From positions 379,175 to 443,174 of the forward strand of contig JAFUDT010000013.1 of the NCBI GenBank assembly GCA_017464285.1: a DNA stretch of 64,000 nucleotides. The letters run 5' to 3'. Of this stretch, positions 44,736 to 53,283 are shown one piece after another. The DNA comes from Bacteroidales bacterium (lineage in GTDB: Bacteria > Bacteroidota > Bacteroidia > Bacteroidales > UBA1402). The notes under the pieces are model-generated. The model did not search any database. It saw only the letters and a program-made list of their open reading frames with translations, and was not told where the DNA came from. Within the stretch, counting starts at the first letter, position 1. Each line of letters opens with the position of its first letter. The position numbers were made by a program, and so were the translations under genes.

Positions 44736-45173
44736 ATGAAGAAGTTATTCTACCTATTGCTGCTTCCTTTGCTATGTGTTTCATGTGAGGAACTTGAAGA
44801 GCCCGAACCAGATCCTGCCGATGCGTTTGTGGGGCGGTATGAATACTTTACTACGATGTTCGCCACATATGGAAGCGCATCCCAAACGGGAATGTTAGAA
44901 GGCGAATTCTCTATTGTTAAGTTATCCAGAGATCGTGTGAGAATGACTGGCGATTGGTCTTCGATTGGAGAAGTGTATGGTAATACTGTTAGCTTTTCCG
45001 ATGATTATCAGTCGGATGCCAGTGGCTATTTGACTTTTAAATTTGGAGCGGCTTCTTTTAGCGGCGGTCTGCTTTACTTTAACTATACAGCTTCGGGACG
45101 CTTAAAATACACCGATGGCGTGGCATACCCATTCACTTGCAATGGCAGCGTAACTGCACATAGAATTGATTGA
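44736..45173 (+). CDS. Small lipoprotein of unknown function
   Basis: 145 aa; lipobox LLLPLLCVSCEE; beta-rich; stop lies 6 nt before the next ORF. Confidence 0.6.
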   Translation: MKKLFYLLLLPLLCVSCEELEEPEPDPADAFVGRYEYFTTMFATYGSASQTGMLEGEFSIVKLSRDRVRMTGDWSSIGEVYGNTVSFSDDYQSDASGYLTFKFGAASFSGGLLYFNYTASGRLKYTDGVAYPFTCNGSVTAHRID

Positions 45174-45179
45174 ACTGTT

Positions 45180-48100
45180 ATGAGCACTAGTGAAACAGGA
45201 TTGTATAATAAAATAATGACATCAACTGTATCGACATACTACACGAATAAGATCCTGAGTATCATTGATGAGTACTCAAGTAGAAATGATTTTACGATAT
45301 TTGTTTTTCTTGGTGTTACAGAATGTATAGATACTCGGGCGATTATAGGAAACATTCTTGACCAAAAAACTTTTTATCTGGATGGAGGTGAACAGATATT
45401 TGATAAAGCCTGGAGGAGAGATGCGGTTAAACAAATCATAAACAGCGATAAACCTTTTGTCATACTTTCATACCAACAGTTTTGCTACTTGGAACAAAAC
45501 TTGGGTAAAGACTTTTTGGAAAACGTGGTCATTATTCAGGATAACCTCCGATCATTGTATCAAATCTCACCGCATCTTTATATTCGTCCCAATATACACG
45601 AAAAAGAGGCTGATCTTGAAGAGAGACCTGATAAACTCCCTGTATATCAAGCAGAGCAGTTCGTGTTTGACAACAAGTATTTCTATAGCGTCGATATACC
45701 AAGTGATCCTAATTACATAATAGTCCCCCTTTTTACTGAAAGAAAGCAGATTAACGTGGATCTGAAACACCCCTCTAATCGGGTTAAATTAATTGATCTC
45801 AAGGGTGATAGTTATGCACTAGATATTATTCTGAATGAATGTGTCAGAGGAGATTTCCTATATGAACAGATTGTAATCAAAACATATAAAAAAAATCCTC
45901 TCACAGGTCTATATAGACAACGCATCGAATGTATTAATGCTTTCCTAAATAGACTTGGGCATTCAATATCTGAATACCAAGAAACGCTTGATAAAGAGGA
46001 ATGTCACATTAGTAAAGAAACTATCTCATTGTTGCACGAATATTGGGGCAATGACGCTTCATTCAGAGATATTGAAGTTTATTCTAATCCTGATGAGGGC
46101 AAGACTCTTGTGAAAATATCTCAGGGGCAGATAGTTCAGACAATCATTAAAGAGTATAAGAATAGTCGTTCTGGAACAGAAGTTCGAGATTTATTACTTA
46201 CTGCACCCACGGGAGCTGGTAAATCACTGATTTTTCAGTTGCCAGCATTTCACATCGCAAAAAAAGGAGATGTCACTATTATCGTTTCTCCTCTTATAGC
46301 TTTGATGAAGGATCAAGTAGATGCAATAAAGGCACGTGGATTTGCCCGTGTCGAATATATAAATAGTCTATTAAACTATATAGATAGAGATCGCATTATA
46401 AAAGAATGTCAGGCGGGTCATGTCGATATTCTGTACATGTCACCGGAATTGCTTCTGTCATACCACATTTCTCATTTTATAGGTGATCGTTCAATAGGGT
46501 TAATGGTTATTGATGAGGCTCATCTGATTACAACATGGGGACGCGATTTTAGGGTAGATTATTGGTATATGGGCGAGCATCTGAGAAAGATAAGAAAAAA
46601 CTTACCCTATTCATTTCCCATAATTGCAGTTACTGCTACTGCAATATATGGCGGTGATAATGATATGGTTTTTGACACGATAGATAGTCTTCACATGCAA
46701 AGGCCTCACCTGTTCATAGGAAAAATTAGGCGAGAAGACATTCTATTTGCTATTAACAACTATGATTCACCAAAGTCTCAGTATTACTCGTTCAAATTAG
46801 CTCAGACAGCTGCTTTTATTTCAAAAATGGTTGAATTGGGGGCTAAAACAATTGTTTATACCCCATACAAAAGACACATTGGAGATATATTGTCAAAAAT
46901 TTGTACCCCTGAAGAAAAAGAGAAAATAGCCATTTACAAAAGTGACCTGGACTCGTATATCAAGGAAGAGTCAATGAATTTGTATAAATCGGGAGAGAAA
47001 ACGATTATGCTTTGTACCAAAGCATTTGGGATGGGTGTTGACATTCCTGATATCCAAGTTGTCTATCATCATGCGCCCTCAGGTCTTTTACCCGACTACA
47101 TCCAGGAAATAGGAAGGGTGGCCAGAGATCCCAAGGTGATAGGTATCGCAGCAATTGAGTACTCAGAAAAAGATCAAATATATAGCAAAGCGCTCCATGG
47201 CTTATCTTCTATCAAACCTTTTCAAATTCAGTATATTTTGAAAAAGCTGTATTCTCTCTATTTGAAGAATGAGAAAAAAAGGAATATGGTTGTCTCAACA
47301 GACGATTTTCAATATATTTTCCCAAAATCCAACGCGGAAGAGGTGAGCCAAAAAGTTCAAACCGGCTTGATGATGATTGAAAAAGACTACTTGGCGAAGT
47401 ATCGTTTCAATGTCGTCATTGCAAGACCAAAGCAATTATTTGTCAAAGCATATGCGAGAACTAATGAATTTGGCTACAACTTTTTGATGATGAATTACAA
47501 AAACTGTATTGATAGTGTTGTGAAAGAAGAAAATGGGCATTACTGGATGTTATTAGACTTGGATAAGGTGTGGAAGAAGAACTTCGTTGATATTACATTT
47601 CCACTACTAAAAAAACGTTTTTATGACCAAGAACTTTTTTCTGATAAAAATCTTCTGTTGGTGCCAGAAGTAAGATTTGATTTTGAATTTACTTCTGATT
47701 TCACAAAGAGCTATGCATATATCAGTGATATATTAGAGGCTACTTCAGGATACTTTAGCATTTCTCTCACCTCTTTCAAAGAAGTCGATCTTGAAAATCA
47801 ACTAGTTAAATCTATACCTGATGGTCGAAAAAGAGAGCAGTATGTAAGATTCATTTTGACCACATACTCTGATATTGGTAATAAAGAAACCGATTCATTT
47901 CTTCAGGCTAGAAGGAATGGACATGGTCAGTTCTTCTTTGTGAAGAATAACAATTATGAAAAGAAGTTCTCGAATCTCAAGAGACTCTTTTATGAGTTGT
48001 TTGGTAATGGGCAACAAAAGGTTACACGTTACCGACAATACGGGGGGACGAGGGCCTTGGATTTGTATAGACTTGGAGGACTGTTTGATTTGTTTGACCT

Positions 48101-48908
48101 TGGTACTTTCGGATGCAGAGGAGGAGAGAATCCTATGATATTTGTCCGTATAAATGATCCCGAAAAAGTAAGACGAGACTCCGAAAATATGAAATACGAG
48201 AATTTAATCCTCAAAAGGACTTTAAACAAGAACAAGATCAGTTCGGAGCTCTTTGATTATTTTTTTATGAATGACTTTGATGATAAAAAACGTTGGTCAT
48301 TTATCGAGGATTTTTTTCTGGGAATGGATAACGACGATCTGTTTACTAGATATCCTGCAACATCACTGTGTCACACGAACATAATTCAATACATTGAAGA
48401 TCATATACAATCAACAGAAACCCTGTCTGTTGCGCCAAAGAAAACGACGTCAGAGGGACAATCAGTATCCTTTGCTCCTATCGCTGGCACTTTTTATTCA
48501 GATGATAGACAACTCACAATAAACGGAGTGACCAAAACTATAAGTAGGTGGATAATAGACAGCCCGGTAGAACTAAATAAAACGATAACCAACTATTCGA
48601 TAAAGATTGGTAAAAACAGTCGATCAGTACTAATTTCCAAGTTGATGAATAATCACAAGGAATACTATCGAGAATTCATTGGATTAAATGCTCTAATAGA
48701 TTTTCCGGGGTACGAAGGGCCTGTGAAGGCAAGCATTCCATTTCAATATGAGCCGTTACAGTTTTATCGCTGGTGGCAGAAGAATGAAGATGTAGTTTAC
48801 CTAAGTAAGTCAAATCAAATAAAGTTATTCCTCACAGTCGTAGACCAAGGAGAAACATTATTAAAAAGGCATAGTCAAGTCCTTTTGATGAGTAAAAAGA
48901 GATTATAA
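45180..48908 (+). CDS. 1242-aa protein with a central RecQ-like SF2 helicase core and unassigned N- and C-terminal regions
   Basis: Motifs TAPTGAGKS (I, ~46206), IVSPLIALMKDQ (Ia), VIDEAHLITTWGRDFR (II), IAVTATA (III), LCTKAFGMGVDIPD (V), QEIGRVARD (VI). The ~290 aa upstream and ~580 aa downstream have no motif I recognise. Confidence 0.8.
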   Translation: MSTSETGLYNKIMTSTVSTYYTNKILSIIDEYSSRNDFTIFVFLGVTECIDTRAIIGNILDQKTFYLDGGEQIFDKAWRRDAVKQIINSDKPFVILSYQQFCYLEQNLGKDFLENVVIIQDNLRSLYQISPHLYIRPNIHEKEADLEERPDKLPVYQAEQFVFDNKYFYSVDIPSDPNYIIVPLFTERKQINVDLKHPSNRVKLIDLKGDSYALDIILNECVRGDFLYEQIVIKTYKKNPLTGLYRQRIECINAFLNRLGHSISEYQETLDKEECHISKETISLLHEYWGNDASFRDIEVYSNPDEGKTLVKISQGQIVQTIIKEYKNSRSGTEVRDLLLTAPTGAGKSLIFQLPAFHIAKKGDVTIIVSPLIALMKDQVDAIKARGFARVEYINSLLNYIDRDRIIKECQAGHVDILYMSPELLLSYHISHFIGDRSIGLMVIDEAHLITTWGRDFRVDYWYMGEHLRKIRKNLPYSFPIIAVTATAIYGGDNDMVFDTIDSLHMQRPHLFIGKIRREDILFAINNYDSPKSQYYSFKLAQTAAFISKMVELGAKTIVYTPYKRHIGDILSKICTPEEKEKIAIYKSDLDSYIKEESMNLYKSGEKTIMLCTKAFGMGVDIPDIQVVYHHAPSGLLPDYIQEIGRVARDPKVIGIAAIEYSEKDQIYSKALHGLSSIKPFQIQYILKKLYSLYLKNEKKRNMVVSTDDFQYIFPKSNAEEVSQKVQTGLMMIEKDYLAKYRFNVVIARPKQLFVKAYARTNEFGYNFLMMNYKNCIDSVVKEENGHYWMLLDLDKVWKKNFVDITFPLLKKRFYDQELFSDKNLLLVPEVRFDFEFTSDFTKSYAYISDILEATSGYFSISLTSFKEVDLENQLVKSIPDGRKREQYVRFILTTYSDIGNKETDSFLQARRNGHGQFFFVKNNNYEKKFSNLKRLFYELFGNGQQKVTRYRQYGGTRALDLYRLGGLFDLFDLGTFGCRGGENPMIFVRINDPEKVRRDSENMKYENLILKRTLNKNKISSELFDYFFMNDFDDKKRWSFIEDFFLGMDNDDLFTRYPATSLCHTNIIQYIEDHIQSTETLSVAPKKTTSEGQSVSFAPIAGTFYSDDRQLTINGVTKTISRWIIDSPVELNKTITNYSIKIGKNSRSVLISKLMNNHKEYYREFIGLNALIDFPGYEGPVKASIPFQYEPLQFYRWWQKNEDVVYLSKSNQIKLFLTVVDQGETLLKRHSQVLLMSKKRL

Positions 48909-49357
48909 TGTGACAATGTGTGAGTATAGCGTTAATAAGATACCGAGTGTAGCGCACTAGATGGTACTGCCATGACGCGCAAATGGGTACCGACTTGGAT
49001 GCTTGATGGCTTGCAGGATTTCAAAGAGTCTTATATCTTTGACCTAAAATATTTGGTCAAGAGTAGAAATATTTTCGGTGTCTGCCGGCTGTTGTTCTTC
49101 AACAGGACTGATTGTGGTACTACCGTCCACAGACCATTTATTTTATGGTACTACCAATCGAGTTGTTGGATGTGGGAGTAAAGTCAGCACTTGTTGTATG
49201 CGTTGCTCCACTCAAACCCTCCAGCAGCTCGATTTCTATTACTCCGTAGCTATTTGCTTTTGATTCTGCATTCGTGAATTCTAATTAGAAGTGCAACACA
49301 CTTCAAAAGTCAAAGTTGAACGGAGATTTGTGTTTCAGAGTAGAAATCAGCACGAGG

Positions 49358-49503
49358 GCTTCGCCGCGGTATAGATTGGGGGTTTGGTGGCGAGGCACTG
49401 TTTTGTCCTGTGCCGAGCGGCAAACCACAAATCTCAGCGGCAAGCCCGAACCAATCGGAAGGCCCAATCCCGGCGTTGCGTTGCAGTTGTTGCAGTTGTT
49501 TCC
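49358..49503 (+). repeat. Hairpin-repeat family, full copy A (hairpin 49358-49445 + tail)
   Basis: Contains TGGTGGCGAGGCACTGTTTTGTCCTGTGCCGAGCG and tail GTTGCGTTGCAGTTGTTGCAGTTG; abuts the umuC stop codon. Confidence 0.9.
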
Positions 49504-49508
49504 CCCTC

Positions 49509-50804
49509 CTATCGCAATCTGATGATGTCGGACCAGCGAGTGGTGGGATTCTTGCTGCGGAAATCGTGCTTGATGGCATTGGCAAAGACTTCGGCCTTGC
49601 CCCGCCCGTCTTTTAAGGTATATTGCTGAGCCCCGACGACCACCGTCTCCGAACCATGCAGGCGGTTGATACGGTCGACCACCTCGTCGAGCCGCCGCAT
49701 CTTCTGAATCTGCTCGGCACTCAAGTCGAACAAATCTGTCTGCACAGGACTGTCGGGATCGATGTTCATGACAATGACACCGGCCTTCTTGTAGCGATAG
49801 CCCTCGACAAAAATACGGTCGAGCACTTCGAGCGCCGCCCGCACCACCAGCGTGGTCGAAGATGTTGGAGTGAGAAGGCTCGTCTCCTGGAAATTCCAGT
49901 ATTGCGCCAAATCTTCGCGAAAAGCATTGGTATGGACAAATACCCCCACCGTCGAGGCCACACTCTGCTGCATGCGCAGCTTCTCGGCACAACGAGCCGC
50001 ATAGTTGGCCACATGAGTGCGAAGGGCCTCCTTGTCGGCTATCATGCCCTGAAACGAACGGCTGGTGCAGATGCTTTTCTTGCGGGCCAGCTCCTCGTTG
50101 GGCACCACATCCTCGCCGTTGAGCTCCTGCCAAGTACGCAGCATGTTGATGTTGTTAAAGGTAAGCTGCACCCAGTCACGGTGGTGGCTGGCCAGATCGA
50201 GCGCCGAGTGGCAGCCCAGCGCCTTGAGCTTGGCCGCATAGCGCCGACCGATGCCCCAGACATCTTCGATGGGACACCACGCAAGGGCCCTCTGGCGCTT
50301 GTAGTCGTTGTCGATGATGCAGCAATGCTTGTAGGCGGCATATTTCTTGGCCAGCTTGGAGGCGATCTTGGCCAGCGTCTTGTTGGGCGCCAGGCCGATG
50401 CTGATGGGCAGGCCCACCTCGCGCCTGACCCGCCGGTGGAGATGCTCGCCCCACTGCTGGAGCCTGTCGGGAGCTATGCCATCGAGATACATGAAGCACT
50501 CGTCGATCGAGTAGCGGAAATAGGCGGGCGCCTCCTGGCGGATGATACTCACCACACGCCCCGTGAGCTCGCCGTAGAGCTCGTAGTTGGAAGAGAAGAC
50601 GGCGATCTTCTGCCCGGGAAACTGCTGCGCCAGCCGGAAATAGGGCGTGCCCTCCTGGATGCCCATCTTCTTGGCCTCGTTGCTGCGGGCCACCACGCAG
50701 CCGTCGTTGTTGGACAGCACGACTATGGGTCTTCCCTCCAGATCGGGGCGGAACACCTTCTCTCACGAGCAGTAGCAATTGTCAAGGTCGGCGATGCCGT
50801 ACAT
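49509..50804 (-). pseudogene. umuC: Y-family DNA polymerase V subunit UmuC, interrupted by an in-frame TGA at codon 14
   Basis: Minus strand reads ATG TAC GGC ATC GCC GAC CTT GAC AAT TGC TAC TGC TCG TGA GAG AAG GTG TTC CGC = [21 protein letters not shown]..., then 415 uninterrupted codons ([14 protein letters not shown]...[11 protein letters not shown]). TGA at 50765-50763. Confidence 0.8.
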
Positions 50805-50806
50805 GG

Positions 50807-51244
50807 TCAGAACTTCTCGAAGGTGCGGATGAGGTGGATGACGGTGCCCCAGATCTGGAAATTCTCGGGGTCCTTGATCTTGAAGACCGGGTAGTCGGGA
50901 TTGGCCGGGCGTAGCTCGATGTAGCCTTCCTTGCGATGGGTCAGGTCGAGATACTTCATGGTGAAGCCGCCGTCCCACCAGGCCACTACGATCGAGCCGT
51001 CGTGGGGCTCCACGGCTCTGTCGATGATGACGCGGTCGCCGTCGAACAGGCCGGCATCTTTCATGGAGTCGCCTTCGACATAGCCGTAGAACGAGGCTTC
51101 GGGATGCCGGATAAAGTCGCGGTTGAAGTCGAGCGTGTCGTGTATGTAGTCGTCGGCCGGGCTGGGAAATCCGGCGGTCACCCCGGCATTGACCAACTCA
51201 AGCCGGGTGTCGAACTCTCCTCTCACTATCTTGATATTGCTCAT
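50807..51244 (-). CDS. umuD: SOS-response translesion subunit UmuD (LexA-like S24 peptidase)
   Basis: 145 aa; cleavage-site-like AG, Ser GDSM, Lys ...FTMKYL...; its stop lies 2 nt before the umuC ATG. Confidence 0.88.
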   Translation of the reverse strand: MSNIKIVRGEFDTRLELVNAGVTAGFPSPADDYIHDTLDFNRDFIRHPEASFYGYVEGDSMKDAGLFDGDRVIIDRAVEPHDGSIVVAWWDGGFTMKYLDLTHRKEGYIELRPANPDYPVFKIKDPENFQIWGTVIHLIRTFEKF

Positions 51245-51316
51245 AACTCGAATCTGCTGATACTAATCTTCCTTAAGAACGAAGGTAAGCGAATTTTATG
51301 AAACGGCAAAAAAATC

Positions 51317-51462
51317 GGCAGTCTTCCGGCTGCGGTACAAATCGGGCGCTCTGGTGGCGAGGCACTGTTTTGTCCTGTGCCGGGCGCCAGAGCCCCGATT
51401 TCAGCAGCCGGGATGGTTCCCGGCATGCCGGTGTTGCGTTGCAGTTGTTGCAGTTGGTTTGG
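51317..51462 (+). repeat. Hairpin-repeat family, full copy B (hairpin 51326-51411 + tail)
   Basis: CCGGCTGCGGTACAAATCGGGCGCTCTGGTGGCGAGGCAC-TGTTTTGTCCT-GTGCCGGGCGCCAGAGCCCCGATTTCAGCAGCCGG, then ...GTTGCGTTGCAGTTGTTGCAGTTGG. Confidence 0.92.
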
Positions 51463-51524
51463 AGTAGGATTTTGTGTTGCTAAGTCGAAGGGGTTTTCGT
51501 AGTTTTGCAGAAAGCTCATGAAAA

Positions 51525-52514
51525 ATGGAAGAGAACAAGATTATCATATACCAGACAGAGGATGGACAGACGCAGATTGATGTTCGTCTGGAGAACGAGA
51601 CAGTGTGGCTGACACAGGCTCAGATGGCAGAACTGTTCGAAAAGACGCCTCAGAATATTACCATGCATATTGGTAATGCGTATAAGGAGGGCGAGCTGGA
51701 AAGAGACTCAACATGTAAGGAATACTTACAAGTTCAACAAGAGGGAAAGAGGAAAGTTTCTCGTATCGTGAAATACTACGACCTCGATGTCATCATCTCT
51801 GTGGGTTACCGCGTCAAAAGTAAGCGCGGTACCGCTTTCCGCATTTGGGCTCGTAAGGTCTTGAAAGACTATCTCGTCAAAGGTTATGCCGTCAACGAAC
51901 GCCTTCGCAAGGAACAGATTGGAGAGTTGCGCCAATTGGTTGGTATGATTGGTAGAACTATTCAGAATCAGCCGCTAGCATCGAATGATGAAACGAATGC
52001 TCTCTTCGAGGTGGTGACGAATTACACCTATGCGCTCGATACGCTCGACAACTATGACTATGAACGGCTGACCATCGATAAGACCACGAAGGAAGAACCT
52101 TTCCATGCCACCTACGAGAATGCAATGGAAGCCATCAATGGCTTGCGTAAAAAGTTTGGTGGTTCGGCTCTGTTTGGCAATGAGAAGGACGAGTCGTTCA
52201 AAAGCAGCATCGGACAGATTTACCAGACTTTTGGGGGTGAGGAGCTTTATCCCAGTGTAGAGGAGAAAGCCGCCATGCTGCTCTATCTTGTCACCAAGAA
52301 CCATTCCTTCAGTGATGGCAACAAGCGCATAGCAGCTACACTTTTCCTGTGGTTCCTCAACAACAACGGCATCCTTTATCGCGAAGATGGCTCCAAGCGT
52401 TTGGCAGACAACACCCTGGTTGCTCTGACGCTGATGATAGCAGAGAGCAGGACGGAGGAGAAGGATGTAATGGTGAAAGTGGTGGTAAACCTGATAAACC
52501 AAAGAAACAACTGA
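51525..52514 (+). CDS. RhuM-family N-terminal domain fused to a Fic/Doc domain
   Basis: 329 aa; N-terminal ...IIIYQTEDGQTQIDVRLENETVWLTQAQMAELF...VISVGYRVKS.RGT.FR.WA is RhuM-like; C-terminal HSFSDGNKRIAA matches the Fic/Doc core HxFx(D/E)GN(G/K)R; a TAGTTTTG -7-like box at 51500-51507. Confidence 0.8.
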   Translation: MEENKIIIYQTEDGQTQIDVRLENETVWLTQAQMAELFEKTPQNITMHIGNAYKEGELERDSTCKEYLQVQQEGKRKVSRIVKYYDLDVIISVGYRVKSKRGTAFRIWARKVLKDYLVKGYAVNERLRKEQIGELRQLVGMIGRTIQNQPLASNDETNALFEVVTNYTYALDTLDNYDYERLTIDKTTKEEPFHATYENAMEAINGLRKKFGGSALFGNEKDESFKSSIGQIYQTFGGEELYPSVEEKAAMLLYLVTKNHSFSDGNKRIAATLFLWFLNNNGILYREDGSKRLADNTLVALTLMIAESRTEEKDVMVKVVVNLINQRNN

Positions 52515-52540
52515 AATAAACGTTTGTGGATTGCCTGGCT

Positions 52541-52600
52541 CCCGGAGCGTTGCGACGGTAGTTGTTGCAGTTGGTTTGGGGATTTCGGCAGCCGCAGTGG
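52541..52600 (+). repeat. Hairpin-repeat family, partial copy C (tail-like segment + 3'-arm end)
   Basis: CCCGGAGCGTTGCGACGGTAGTTGTTGCAGTTGGTTTGG followed by GATTTCGGCAGCCGCAGTG. Confidence 0.75.
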
Positions 52601-52836
52601 TTATCAGTTAACAATTGCTCAGTGCATACAGAGGGACGATGTCCACGTGTCTTTGCTCGAAATTGTCCTTGGGGTCGTAGTGGTCAAACTGACCGATTGC
52701 CTTGCGGGTGCGAAGTTATAAATAGTTTCCAAAAGTCGGGGCAAAAAACATGGGAAATTATCCAAAATACAGCCCAAAACCAAAAGTCGGGGCAAAAAAG
52801 GAGTCCGTTTATCTAAAAGGAAGGGCGAAAACAGAC

Positions 52837-52887
52837 CTTTTTGTCCTGTGCCGAGTGCCGGAGCTCCGATTTCGGCAGCCGCAGTGC
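52837..52887 (+). repeat. Hairpin-repeat family, partial copy D (loop + 3' arm)
   Basis: CTTTTTGTCCTGTGCCGAGTGCCGGAGCTCCGATTTCGGCAGCCGCAGTGC. Confidence 0.8.
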
Positions 52888-52983
52888 TTCTTCGATGCCG
52901 TTCGACGTTTTTCGGGGTAAGAAGCCAAAATGTTTGTTATACTAAACATTTATGCTTATATTTGCGCCCAATAAGATACAATT

Positions 52984-53283
52984 ATGGGTAAGAATACATT
53001 TGGTAAAACGATGCCAAGGGCACTGAGCCAGAACCTGAAGATTATGGGCGAGCAAATCATGTTGGCCCGCAAGCGCAGACATTTGTCTATGCAGGACATT
53101 GCAGACAGGGCTACTGTGACACGCCTCACTGTCTCGAAGGTGGAACATGGCGACCCGACGGTTTCCATGGGTATCTATGCGCGTGTACTCTTCGCACTTA
53201 ATTTGGAAAAGGATATTACCCTGCTGGCGGCCGACGACGCTCTTGGCAGACAGCTTCAGGATGCAGAATTACTAAGACGATGA
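52984..53283 (+). CDS. XRE-family HTH protein (HipB-like antitoxin)
   Basis: 99 aa; HTH ...LARKRRHLSMQDIADRATVTRLTVSKVEHG...; its stop overlaps the hipA ATG (ATGA). Confidence 0.85.
   Translation: MGKNTFGKTMPRALSQNLKIMGEQIMLARKRRHLSMQDIADRATVTRLTVSKVEHGDPTVSMGIYARVLFALNLEKDITLLAADDALGRQLQDAELLRR

Larger units (their letters stand above)
34467..49300. other. Low-GC (~37-38%) defence island
   Basis: Abrupt GC drop after ...GGCACCGAACCC (34466). Contents are Type I R-M, a GmrSD-like gene, AbiH and a RecQ-like giant. It ends in AT-rich non-coding DNA before hairpin copy A. Confidence 0.75.

Noticed and set aside
48909-49300. Short ORFs (48972-49181, 49078-49263) and a twice-repeated TGGTACTACC motif in the AT-rich right edge of the island
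   Set aside because: The translations are not protein-like. A 10-nt repeat occurring twice in 40 nt of AT-rich DNA is within chance. This is probably decayed non-coding or remnant sequence.
50763-50765. Selenocysteine or an alternative genetic code at the umuC TGA
   Set aside because: TGA terminates several well-supported genes in the same window. The aligned Cys is not a redox-active residue in UmuC. I could not identify a convincing stem-loop immediately 3' of the TGA by eye. A pseudogene or a sequencing error is more parsimonious.
49310-52614. Three minus-strand ORFs (49310-49585, 51241-51519, 52357-52614) sharing ...QLQQLQRN...GTGQNSASPP-like peptide stretches, which could look like a small conserved protein family
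   Set aside because: The similarity comes from translating the hairpin-repeat DNA. The conserved part coincides with the palindromic element and its tail, the frames have no consistent starts, and the plus-strand frames over the same DNA are equally open.
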